A DNA stretch of 64,000 nt, taken from Felis catus (lineage: Eukaryota). Location: the NCBI RefSeq assembly GCF_018350175.1, contig NC_058378.1, positions 60,698,001-60,762,000 on the forward strand. Direction: 5' to 3'. The notes below the pieces were generated by a model. It was not told the DNA's origin and made no database searches. It worked only from the letters and a program-made list of their open reading frames with translations. This document shows positions 1 to 11,389 of the stretch, piece by piece. The number at the start of each line of letters is the position of its first letter. The stretch's first letter is position 1. The translations under genes were made by a program, and so were the position numbers.

Positions 1-90
1 GCTGCCTGTGGGCATAGATGTTGACCACAGGCAGTACTTCCTTCTTTCCTGGCCCCTGACTCCCTCACCAGTCCCCTCTCCTACCAGTAC

Positions 91-221
91 CTCTTCCTGG
101 GTGTCTCCAGCAGCAGTAGGAGAAGCCCTAGTTTCTTCTTTGAGCTTTTCAGGCCGCTGCAGGGGCTCTGGGGAGATGGGCATCTGACCTTGGACCTCAG
201 AGCTCTGTGGCTGCAGGTTCT
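91..221 (-). CDS. CUEDC2: CUE domain-containing protein 2, 4th coding exon (gene continues past window start)
   Basis: Acceptor TTCTTTAAG|AG, reads (E)[43 protein letters not shown], donor GAG|GTACTG; in phase with the previous exon and resembles human CUEDC2. Confidence 0.9.
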
Positions 222-305
222 CTTAAAGAAGCAGAGCATCAGGTTTGCCGGGGCTTTGGGGGATGGGGGTTATGAATTTCCCAAGTGCCCAATCCCCAGG
301 CTCAC

Positions 306-367
306 CTTTGTTCCTGGCACCGCTCAGCTGCCCTGAGAGCTTCTGCATCATGTCCCCTATTGTACCC
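306..367 (-). CDS. CUEDC2: CUEDC2 3rd coding exon
   Basis: TTTTCAG|G acceptor, (R)GTIGDMMQKLSGQLSGARNK, G|GTGAG donor; 62 nt. Confidence 0.95.
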
Positions 368-460
368 CTGAAAAGATAGGAGGGTGGTAAAAGGACATCC
401 CTGCCTACCCTCCACAATCAGCCAGCCCTCCACCCCTTCTTCACCCCAGCCAGATCCCAC

Positions 461-604
461 CTTGGAATGTGGGCAAAGCCAGGCACATAGGCCTCCATCA
501 TCTCAGTGAAGGCCTCCATATCGAAGTTCTCCTCTGAGGGCCCCGAGGGGCCCAGGTCCTCCAGGACCCCAAGCACATACGAGAAGATGACCTCATCCAA
601 GCCG
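461..604 (-). CDS. CUEDC2: CUEDC2 2nd coding exon
   Basis: CCTGCAG|C acceptor, (S)[49 protein letters not shown]|GTGGG donor; 144 nt. Confidence 0.95.
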
Positions 605-960
605 CTGCAGGAAGGGGACAGGACAAGTCCTAGGTAGGACACGGGACACCTCCAGCACCCCCACCTAGCCTGAGACTCGAGCCCTCGGCTTCCCTGGGTC
701 TATGAGCCAGACTTCAAGTCTTGAAGCCAGAAAGTATCCCATCCTCCTACAGAGCTTGGGTTTTCCACCTGTCCAACAAGGTGCCAGGGACAGGTTAAGA
801 TGTAAGGCCATACCAGCAAATCATAATCAGCCCCTCCCCCACCTCAGGAATAGAGCTGAGTGCTTGCCATCCCAGTCTTTCCATTGGCTGGGGCCCGGAG
901 CACTGCCCAGCAGCTCCCACCCAGACCCCAGCATGATCCTCCCAGGAAAGCTGCTTCTAC

Positions 961-1034
961 CTGAGATCAGCCTCGGGGAGGTGCGTCTGGACAAAGGCAA
1001 GGAGGGCTGCACTGACAATCCTCTCCAGCTCCAT
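961..1034 (-). CDS. CUEDC2: CUEDC2 first coding exon (start codon at 1034)
   Basis: ATG GAG CTG GAG AGG... = [25 protein letters not shown], the known CUEDC2 N-terminus; donor AG|GTAGAA; acceptor CCCTTCAG at 1048-1050 implies an upstream non-coding exon. Confidence 0.95.
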
Positions 1035-1789
1035 GTTCTCTCCTCTTCTGAAGGGACAGAAGATGTAGGTTTGTCAGGCCCTCTTCTGCCTGCTCCTACC
1101 CACTAGGCCCAGGGGCGGCCAGCTCCTCCCTCCTGCCCTGCTGTGGAAACCATTTGTTACTGTTGTCCGTAACTCCCAGCTCGCCAGCCCTCCCCCGCTC
1201 TCTCAAGCAGAGCCACAACCCCCTCCCTGCCCATCTCTCTACCTCCTCCAGCCTGAGACAAGACAGGGCACTGCCGTAGAAGGCCTCCCAAGCGGTTTCC
1301 CTCACCCTTCCCCCGACCTCTCCCCATCTCGCCACCCCATTCCCCAGCAGCAGGCCCAGACCCTCAGGCGAGAAGCCAAGGTCTTGGGGTCACATGCCTC
1401 CTGGCTGAGGAATCCCATCATTGAGGGGGCCACTTGGCCCTCAAGTCTAACCACAAGGGGCCCATTGTCCAGCCCCCCAAAGAGCAGGCCCCAGGACCAA
1501 GCACAGCCTTCCCCCACCCAGAATGGCCCACCCACCCTCCGCACAAAGGGGCTTTTCTGGCTACAAGGCTCTGATAGAAGGGGAAGCCTTTGAGGAATTC
1601 TCTCTTCCTGCACAAAAGGCTATCTACAAAGGCCTTTCCATTTTCCTTCCCAAAGCCTGTAAAACCCTACAAGGTCTGGCCTTTGCCTGCCTCTCCAACC
1701 TCACCACTCACTCCACTCCTGCCCCACCAGCCTCCTTGCTGGTCCTCGAATTTGTCCAGTTTCTTCCTACCTGTCTCCTTCATATACCC

Positions 1790-2070
1790 ACCCCCTCACC
1801 TCCTCTGGAGCTCTGGTCAAATGTTGCCCTCTGAGACAGACCTTCCCTGACTAACCTACCAAAAATAGGTATTCCTCATACTCCCTAATCCCTCACCCTG
1901 CTTCATTTTCTATATGGCATTTACTACAGCTTAATGTTGTTTTATGTTTGCCTATTGTCTGACCTCCCTGATATAATGTAATAAGCTCCAAGGTACAGGG
2001 GGACTTCGTCTTATTCACTGATGTAACCCTAGCACTTAGTAGATGCTCTATAAACACTGACTGACTGAGT
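1790..2070. mobile_element. Ancient L2 LINE 3' fragment
   Basis: Typical L2 3' motifs (aatgtaataagctccaag..., cttattcactgatgtaaccctagcacttag, gactgactga tail); boundaries approximate. Confidence 0.55.
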
Positions 2071-3238
2071 TCATTTCCACCTACATGATTTTGACTCCCC
2101 AAAGTCCATATGTAGGAGTCAGGAACACATAGATGGTAATGAATGGCTCCAGAGCCACAGGTCCAACTGTCCGCTCATCATCCCATTCTGAAGTTTCAGA
2201 GATATCTCACATTCCATCTACCCCACACTCAACAATATTTTCACGATTAGTGTACATCCCCCTCCTACTTCATTGGCTGACCCAACCATTCACTCACTCA
2301 GCTGCCAAACCTGAAACTTGGAAATTACCCTCGCTTTCACCCTCTCTCAACTCTACCTGCTGTACTCGGCTGATCACCAATCCTGTCGATTCTATTCCCT
2401 TATTAGTGTCCTTTCTATCCATTCTCCCCAGTTCATCTGGCTTCTGCTACAACGTCTCTACAAAAATTTCTCAGTCTGAGGTCATGAGTTGCTTTTTCAG
2501 TTTGGGTCTATTCAGGCTGAACCCTATAAGCCTGCCAGTATGCTTGTTTTTGGTCAACAGAAAGAAGGAAAGGAAAGGAAGGAAAGAAGGAAAGGCAATT
2601 TTTTATGGTTTCACCTAATCCTTGCCCTTTCAAGCAGCGTCAATGTTAGTTTCTGAGGCATCACACTCTCCTACTTCTCTTCTACCTCTCTGGCCATTTC
2701 GTCCCAGGCTCCCTTCTCTGTCCCCCTCTCTTCTACTGGCAGGAAAGCTCAGGCTCAAAGCTGCTCCTCGTCCCCCCTCACTCTGCACCCTCTCCTTCTG
2801 GAAGACCTTGTCTGGGCCACATGTTTATGAACCAACTCTATGTCACTCTATGTCACAATCCTCAAATGCCAATCCTTTAGTCTAGGTCCCCCCTCTGAGC
2901 TACATATTTGCATATCTACTTCTCCGACACTTCCGTGTGAGTGACTTCACCTGTTCCAAACTGACATCCTCCCAAGTCCTTTGCTCCTCCAAGACTGTCA
3001 TCAGTAAATGCACGTCCATGTACCCACCCAGCCACGTCTGCCACCACAAGTCTGGGAATTATCCTTGGTACCGTCCTACCCCTTGCCTTCCCACATCCAG
3101 GCACCAAGGCCTGACTGTCATCTTAACACATGTGCTTCTCTCCATCCCTCCTCCCTTTCTGCTCCACCTTTTGTCTTCACTGCCAGAGCTTCCTAACCCT
3201 TCCCCCGCTACTGTCTTTTCCTCAAGAACCTATTCTTT

Positions 3239-3720
3239 TTTTTTTTAAGTTTATTTATTCATTTTAAAGAGAGAAGGAGAGAGTGAGCATGTGCAAGGGG
3301 GGAAGAGGCAGAAAGAGAGGGAGAGAGAGAATTCCAAGCAGGCTCTGTGCTGTTAGCACAGCACCCAACACAGGGCTCTGTCTCATGAATTGTGAAATCA
3401 TGACCTGAGCCAAAGTCAAGAGTCAAATGCTTAACCAACTAAGCCACCCAAGAGCCCCCNNNNNNNNNNNNNNNNNNNNNNNNNNNNNNNNNNNNNNNNN
3501 NNNNNNNNNNNNNNNNNNNNNNNNNNNNNNNNNNNNNNNNNNNNNNNNNNNNNNNNNNNNNNNNNNNNNNNNNNNNNNNNNNNNNNNNNNNNNNNNNNNN
3601 NNNNNNNNAGGGAAAGAGAGAAACAGGGCTCACCCAAAGCAGGGCTTGAATTCACAAACTGTGAGATCATGACCTGAGCTAAAGTCAGATGCTGAACTGA
3701 CTGAGCCACCCAAGCGCCTC
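3239..3720 (-). mobile_element. Compound CAN-SINE (two SINE bodies, spans N-gap 3460-3608)
   Basis: Poly-T/TTTA tail, AG-rich tract, tRNA-derived head; flanking direct repeat caagaacctattcttt at 3223-3238 and 3721-3736. Confidence 0.8.
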
Positions 3721-3819
3721 CAAGAACCTATTCTTTACAAAGATCACAATTGTGTGATCTGTTTAAAAAAAAAAAATCATGTTTTTCCTGCTTAATATCT
3801 CTCAGTGACTTCCCAATTC

Positions 3820-3820
<1 letters not shown>

Positions 3821-3864
<44 letters not shown>
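3821..3864 (+). repeat. (TATC)11 microsatellite in the tail of a SINE (about 3865-4023, - strand)
   Basis: Direct reading. Confidence 0.95.
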
Positions 3865-3867
<3 letters not shown>

Positions 3868-5524
3868 TTATTTTGGGGAGAGAGAGACAGCACAAGCAGG
3901 GGAGAGGCAGAGAAAGGAGAGAAAGAGGATCTCAAGCAGGCTCCACCCCATCAGTGCAGAGCCCAATGCTAGGCTTGAAGTTTAACCAATGGATCCCTAA
4001 CCAGCTGAGCCACCCAGGTGCTCCACCCCCCACCTCCCTTCTGATTAGCCCAGATTCTTTTTTGTGGCCTTTAGTTCGGGACCTTACCCCTGCCTACAGT
4101 CTTTCTAGCCTCATCATGCACTACACCCTCCCCAGATCACTCCCATCCACCTTGGCTTTCTTTCAGTTTGCCAACATTCAAGCTCTTTCACGGCAAGAGG
4201 CTTTCCACAAACTGTTTCCTCTGCCTGGGCAACCTTCCACCTCTACCCTTTCACTTGTCCAATACCTTCTCACCTATTGGGTCTCAGTTTAAAAATTCTG
4301 GCCTCAAGGGATGCTGCCCCTGACTCTGTAGAACTGCTTTGGTCCCTCCATCATACACCCTCACTCACTGCAGACTACACTTTTCCTTACTTAGCAGGCC
4401 TTTTCATAGGTATAATTAAATCATCCTCTGGGCAATATTTAATGTTTCTTCCAGTCGTTTCATGAGGGCAGGGACTCCACTCCTGGCTTATTAATCAGTG
4501 TACATTGAGTATCCCATGAAGTAGGACACTCAGTCACTCCCCGCTTTACAGACAAAGGAACTAAAGCTCAGTGAGTTTAATGATTGGCCCAACATCACTT
4601 GGCTGAACTGTGGTACTTAAGATTTAAATCCAGGTCACCTAGCTGAGTGTATATTCCAGGGAATGAGAGGATATCAAGACTTCCAAGTGGGTTGAGACAG
4701 AGCTTCGATCTGTGATCACAGTTCCCGGGTCCCCTGAGTAGTAACACAGTGTTGCAGTGACAGCACGGGGCTCACTTTGGATAGCAGAACTGACAAGCTC
4801 TAGCCTACCAAGAGGAATGTCGACCCTTGCTCCAGACCCTACCATGGGCCCTGGGGAGGAGCAGAACTGCTCACACCAGGCGTACCAGATCCCATTATGC
4901 AGTTCCCCCAAGGGGTCAGCCCCCTACAGAGACCTATATCCACCCCGAGTTACATCAAATCCTGGCTTCTGTCAGTTGTTTGGCAATCTCTGCTGGGACA
5001 AAGGGTGCTGCAAGAAAGTCTCGTTTCTAGGGAAGAAGAGATCTGTCTGATGACTTCAGGTTTCTAATCGAGGTCTGAGGGCCAGGGAGTTGTTACTGGG
5101 AAACTCCTCACTGTGTCCCAAAGAAAGTCTTCCTCACCTAAGCTTTTGCTCCGGTTTATCTCCTAAGGCAACACCTCTCTTCTCCTCTTCCAGGGCTGCC
5201 CAAACTTTACCCAGCCTTCAAAGCTTGCCACTTCTTTCTTTCACCCTTCTCCATCCCCCTAGCCTTCCTTAGCATTGTTTTCCTGCCCAGGAGTTTCTCC
5301 TAGTATTTCTCCTCCACAGTCTCTGAGTTGGGAAAGCTGCAGCCTAAGCAGCCAGGCTTCTCCCAGGTAAGAACATGATTTTCATGGGACTTTTCAAATT
5401 CTGGATATAGTCCGCAGAACTCCCTTATTTCCTGGGGTCTTTAAATCAGGGCTCACTGGTTTATTAGCATCCATGAAATGCGATCATCATCTTGTCATGA
5501 GCCCTGTTTAAATACCTCTGATGA

Positions 5525-5790
5525 TGGTAATAGTTAGCAATTCCTGAATGCTTACACCGTGCCAAGGATTGTTGTATGCACTTTACATGTGTTAACTTAC
5601 CTAATCTTCACAATGACCCTAAAATATAGACACTAATAGTATTATACTATCCCATTTTACCTGCAAGGAAATGGAGACACTGAGAGGTTAAGTAACTTGT
5701 CCAAGGTCACACAGTAAGTTAATGGCACATTTACACCCAAGGACTCTGGCTCCGGAACCCTCACTGTTAACGCTACGCTATACCACCTCT
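5525..5790 (-). mobile_element. MIR SINE
   Basis: MIR core: cccattttac...ctgagaggttaagtaacttgtccaaggtcacacag. Confidence 0.7.
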
Positions 5791-6329
5791 CATGAAGTAA
5801 ATGATGTGGCCCCAGCCCATGTTCTGATCCTCCTGTCCTGCCTAGCTTGCCCTCTTGCCTCCCTCAGAATCTTTGCTCACACCATTCTCTCCACTCAGAA
5901 TGCCTTTTCCTCTTACTCTCATTCTGCAGGACTCACTTCCTCTCTGTAGCCAACCCTGACTGCCCCATCCTCACTGTCCCTGGCTGGCGTGAGAGTGGCC
6001 CCAGGACCAGGCATAAGCCTGGACTCTCCAGATGCTCCACACAGACCTTCTGGACCACTTCAAGTGAGACTGGGGGAAGGAGCACTATGCTGTTCCCTTG
6101 GGGGTGGGGAGGTGCTCAAGGTGGAGGGAGAGCAGAAGGCCATGTGGGAGGAGTCCTGGGAACCAGTGTGGGCCCTCAGAGGGTCTAGCATGGAGGTCTT
6201 CCCTGCTTTCCCAGACACTATGAAGCCCAGCTCCTGAGGCCCTAGTCCCATAATGCAGGTTCCAGAGGACATCATTGGCCTCTGACCCCCAAGTCCAGTC
6301 TTAGAGGCGCCAAGGACACTGAGGGCTAC

Positions 6330-7000
6330 AAGGGATTCGGGCATCCAAAGTCAGACGGGCGCACAAACGGGGATAGTGGGGTGCACAGGAAGTGGAACCG
6401 CGATGACGGCCCACCCCTGAAGCAGGAGCTCCCTGAACAAGCTAGCGGGATACCCCTAAGGGTACGGAATAGTGGGCCCGAGGGCACCGGAATGAGGTTG
6501 TAGCCTTGGGGACACAAGACTAGGGAGGCCTGAGTAAGCTGGGATGTGCCTTGATACAGGCCTTGGCGAGAATCAGAGATGGGGGGCTGACGGGCCCCAG
6601 GGAGTACCGTGGGGGGACACACAAGACGGGTACCNNNNNNNNNNNNNNNNNNNNNNNNNNNNNNNNNNNNNNNNNNNNNNNNNNNNNNNNNNNNNNNNNN
6701 NNNNNNNNNNNNNNNNNNNNNNNNNNNNNNNNNNNNNNNNNNNNNNNNNNNNNNNNNNNNNNNNNNNNNNNNNNNNNNNNNNNNNNNNNNNNNNNNNNNN
6801 NNNNNNNNNNNNNNCATTTTTGAGAAGGGCAATTGCCCGTAACTGGGCGGGGCTTCTGCTCCCATTTTCATTTGTTTTAGGGTTTTGGACAGGCTCCCGC
6901 GGCGGCCATTTTTGTTGCGGGTTGGGAGAAATTAGGCGTGGAGGTCCCGCCAGTGGGTGGAGTCTCAGTGGCTGACGGTATCCCCGCCCAGTTCCTTGTC
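6330..7000 (-). promoter_or_regulatory. CUEDC2: CpG-rich CUEDC2 promoter / exon 1 region (partly in gap 6635-6814)
   Basis: Raised CpG density, YY1-type GGCGGCCATTTT at 6901-6912, GC boxes, possible - strand donor G|GTACCC at the gap edge (about 6633). Confidence 0.65.
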
Positions 7001-8160
7001 AGCGCCAAACCCCTAGAACCTTTAGACCCCACCCGGTTGTCTTCTCGTCCACTTTCCTTTCCCCAAATTCTGTCCCCTCAAGTCCTATAGCTTTTTCTCT
7101 CCCCTTATCTCTACCGTTCTTCCACAGGCCTGGCTCCCTGACTGGATCTGGTGGCCCCTTTTACACCCAGACCTGGTGTTCTTCCCAAATCCCAGTGTCT
7201 CTCCCCCTTTAGGTCCAGTCTAGGTTCAAGCCCCGTCATGCAATCAACTCTTAGGTGATTACTTCCCCACCCTATCTGTCCCCTTTGCGTTCCCTTAACA
7301 GCGATGTATTCCCCCAAATTAGGGTGGGTTGCAGGGTCTGGGTCTTGGGACCATGAAGCCTGGTTTGGATGGGGGCAGCAGGGAGCAGGTGCTCTGGGTG
7401 AGGATGACCTGAGCTCAGATCCAGGACAGCCTAAAGGCCATGCCTACTTCCAGGGCCTTCATGACTATGTTGACAGGACGTTTCATTTAGGACAGGACAA
7501 ATGAACTCCAGGACCCAGCAAGGCCTCGCCTTCTTCTTTCTGTTCCTGCTGCCTCAGCTTCCTGGTGCTGTCCTGTGGGGAAGCCCGCAGCCATCCCTTC
7601 CCAGGAATCCCGCAATGGGTCATGAAGGAAACGGCTTCCTTCAAGGGTGAGCTAGTTCATCCCCAGTCAACAGGGATGAGCCCCTTCGGCTAGTTCCCTC
7701 ATAAGTTGCGGGGTACTCAGAGACTGTCACTGCCCTCAGGAGCTCATAGTCCGAGGTAGACAGTCCTATCCACTCTTCTCCCCCAAGGGAGAAGGACTAA
7801 GGATCGAAGCGTCCAGTTCTGTCCCTCGCTGCAGGCTCCCACCTCCCCCCACCAGGATCCTCTGGCCTCAAAAAGCTAGACATTCACTGCTGGGAAGACA
7901 GAGCAGGAAAGGGGAGGGAGGAAGGAGCACATTTGGCGTCTGCGTCTCCCATAAAAACACTCCCGCTGCCAGCCTGGCGCTGCTAGGGTTAATGAGGGGT
8001 GGGGTGACAGCCGCTTTGAACTTGAGCTAGGCTAGCCCCTGGGAAGGGGTGAAGGTTAGCTTCATCAGCTTCAGGCCTCTGCCAGCTCTTTAAAGATTTG
8101 GCCATCCCTCCCTTCCCCCAGCCCCAACCTCCCCCGCCCCACCCCACCCCACCCCCCAGC

Positions 8161-8170
8161 ATTGCACAAT
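8161..8170. promoter_or_regulatory. C/EBP-type site ATTGCACAAT
   Basis: One mismatch from the C/EBP palindrome ATTGCGCAAT; lies in repeat-free DNA between CUEDC2 and MIR146B. Confidence 0.45.
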
Positions 8171-9067
8171 GCAGATGACTCTTCTCTCCCTACCACCCCC
8201 ATGACGGGAACTTTAACGTTTCCTTAGTAGAGCTGTGCCTAGTTCTAGCCCAAGATCCCCGCAGCCATCCCAGAGCCTTTCGTCCCCCTCCCCTCCGGCG
8301 TGTTTCTTGGATGGCAGTTGGATGTAGCCAGATCTCAGAAAGAACTTCCTGAGCTTTGGGAGGAGGAGGATGGGACAGACCTCTTAGGGGGAGCCCCTTG
8401 ATCACTAGCTCCTATTCTGAAGGGTCCCGACTCTGTGCAGCAGGGGTTTGGTTCTGGGGTCAGATTATAGAGGATGGGCTGAGGAGAGGGACCACTACAG
8501 ACACAGCACACACGAACTGTAAAATAGGGGCTCTGGGGAACATGTGTCCTGCTTGGCATTCCAAAGCTGGCTGGACCTCAAGCCCCTCATTTTTTTGTCC
8601 CCTCAGGTCTTAGTCTCTCCATCCCCAAGATAGGAACAGACTTCCACCTGCCCTTTGGGTGCTGCTGGAAGCCACATAAGGTGAGAGAAGGTGACATGAC
8701 GACTCCTCTCTTCCCATTCCCTCAAGTGAATTTTGCAGCTGATGTTTGGAGACCTAGGTCCCCTCGGCTGAAGGGAAAAGTTAGAAGCCTGTGCTGAAGC
8801 TTCCCCTAGAACATCAATTCCCCATCATCCAACCTCAGAATGAGGGATTGGGCTTGAATTAGGCATGAAGGGCAGATTTCCTAGACATTCAGAGCAGAGA
8901 TAAAAGCCCAGCTGGCTGGTCTCAAGGGTGGAAGGGACAAAGTCAGAGACTGAGGTGAGGAAGGGGACACTTCAAAAGGATGGGGGGAAAAAGGGGGTCC
9001 CCGCTCTTGCTGGAGGTCAGAAAGGGCTCTCTGGGCAAGGTGCCCAGCCCTCCCACACCTTCCTCCT

Positions 9068-9160
9068 TTCTCAGAAGAGCCAGGATGGGGCGGGGGTGGG
9101 AGTTGGCTAGGGCGGGGAGGGGGCCCTATTTAAGGAGCATTCTCTAAGAGCATCACTGCA
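9068..9160 (+). promoter_or_regulatory. MIR146B: Putative pri-miR-146b core promoter
   Basis: GAS/STAT site TTCTCAGAA 9068-9076, GC boxes 9087-9095 and 9110-9117, TATTTAA 9127-9133, Inr-like TCACT with A at 9155 (28 nt after the TATA start). Confidence 0.7.
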
Positions 9161-9874
9161 GATCCAGCCCCAGGAACAGGAGAGGAAGCTTCATTGGTAA
9201 GTGTGGGCCCTGACTCACAACACAAGCAGGGTGGGGGGAGGGTGGCTCCTGAGCTTGCATGCTTGACTTTCCCTCTCTAGGGATAGGTTACAGCTCTGCC
9301 TGGTGAGTGGGAATAGCACCTAGCCTTCTGTTTAACTCTCCAGAAATAAGAGTGTGTTTCAGGGAAAGGTTTCTTTTCCACTCCCCTATCTATGCCAGGT
9401 ATCTCAGATCTTCATTTGCGGTGGGGAAATTTTCAGGGAGCTGGAGCTTCTGGGCTCCTATCTTCAGGATCCATGTTTTAGGGGTACCCTTTGGCTCAGG
9501 AAGCCCCTCAGTCTCCAGAGAGATGTCCTTCTCAGTATATATATTCTGGGTCTTCCCGCAGCCCTGACTCCTCCTGGAGTACATCTCCACATCTGGTCCC
9601 GCCAGGAGCACATCTGGCAAGAAATGACTCCATAGTACTCATGGAATCCCTGCCATGGCCCTCAACCTCTCCTCTCCTCATATCCTGTAACAATCCTTTC
9701 GGAATTCAGAAAACGCTTGCCCCTTTCCCTGGCTGTGAGCCCTATTTTCAGCTCTAAGCTCAGACCCTCTCTAGGATAGGACCCAGGTTCCTCATCTGGC
9801 CCACCCTGGGAATGGGGGAAATACACAGAAGAGAGCACAGGAGGGCAGAATCAAGGCTGAGAGAACGTTGGCCA

Positions 9875-9948
9875 CCTGGCTCTGAGAACTGAATTCCATA
9901 GGCTGTAAGCTCAAGCAAATGGCCTAGGGACTCAGTTCTGGTGCTCGG
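9875..9948 (+). ncRNA. MIR146B: pre-miR-146b hairpin; mature 5p at 9883-9904, 3p at about 9920-9942
   Basis: Exact miR-146b-5p sequence TGAGAACTGAATTCCATAGGCT, complementary 3' arm GGCCTAGGGACTCAGTTCTGG, syntenic position. Confidence 0.98.
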
Positions 9949-11389
9949 CTGTGCTATTACATCAATACAGAGGTCATGGAAGCTGCTGGCTCAGGCTCAT
10001 GGAGTCCCAACCAGGTGCTCCTCCAGGCACTGGCCAGATCTTTTAATAACATCAACGTGGCCTACGCTTCTGCTCAAAGATCTCAATGGCTCTCCCAAGC
10101 TCCTTACTTTGTCATTAAAGTCTTCCACAGTATGGCTTCCACTTAGCTTTCAAGCCCAAGATTCAATTGCTCCCTGGTCATAACCTGCCCTCTACTGAAA
10201 CCCTGTTGCTCCCTGTTACTTATGCTGAACCCTCCTCAGTTCATCCTGAAACACCTCCTTCCCATCGTTACCTGTTAGGATCCTATAAATCCTTCGGACA
10301 CAAGGTCTCTCTCAGAGAGACCTTCAAAGACACCCTTCAAAGTCTTCTCAAGATACCTCTTTCAAGAAGCCTCCCTCAACTTCCCAACAGCGCAGACGAC
10401 CTCCTGCCAAGCCTCCACACACCTCTCCAGCGGGGCTCAATTCATGAGCCCATAGTGTCTAGTCCAGGGCTCGGCACATAGTAGCCGTTCAAAAAATTGT
10501 CCTTGCATTTTGTTGAGTGTGTCTAAGGTATGAAGAGGCAGTTTGGCCTAGAAGTTAAGGTACAGCCAGATTTCCCAGGTGCATTCTCCACGTGTAACCT
10601 CAGGTAAGTTGTTGACCTCTACAGGCCTCAGTTTCCTCATCTCTAAATGGAAAAAAATAATTATATAGACATCAAAGTTTTGTGAGGATTAAATTAGATG
10701 AGTTGATAGTTTCCGTTTGGAGCTTTAGCACAGTACTTGCACACAGTAAGTTCTCAGTTATGTGTGTGAATTTATTAGGATTATTCCTTTAGTAGAATGT
10801 GAGTTACTCTTTTGGGGGGTGGGCTAAGGCTTAAAATTGATCAGTCAGGGTTTACTGAGTGAAGGGTTCCAGACCATATACCAAGGTCAGGTAAGGCTGG
10901 GGCAAGATCAGGAGGAGGCTGTCAGGACCAGGTTTGGTAGACCAAGCCCTATTGAGATCTAGGAGTTCTGGATTCCCACCTACTGTATAACCTTGGGTGA
11001 GTCACTCCTCCTCTCTGGCCTTGGATTCCCAGCATAATGTAAATTGAGGGCATTGGACCAGGTGAACAGCAAGGTCCCTGGCAGCAGAGATGTTTTATGA
11101 GTTATAAGCTTCTAAGGGTTAAGTTCAAAGAAAAGATCAAAGAAGGGGGCATCTAGGCTCCCTTCAGGGCTCTTTTACATCCATACGGCCTGGAGCAAAC
11201 ACTGGGATTTGGAAGTACGTGCATGGCAGCATGCTGGACTGAGCTGAGTGGTAGTACCTCCTTCAAAAAGCCTGTAATCATTGGCCCTCCTCCCTCACTG
11301 GGGCTGGAGGTTTGCAGAATAATGCAAAGAACTCTTGCTTACCTTTCTTCCAGATTCAGAAACTAATAACCTTTTGCCATTTTGCTTTC

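Noticed and set aside
9421-9434. NF-kB-like GGGGAAATTTTC near miR-146b
   Set aside because: Does not fit GGGRNWYYCC well enough to call without binding data.
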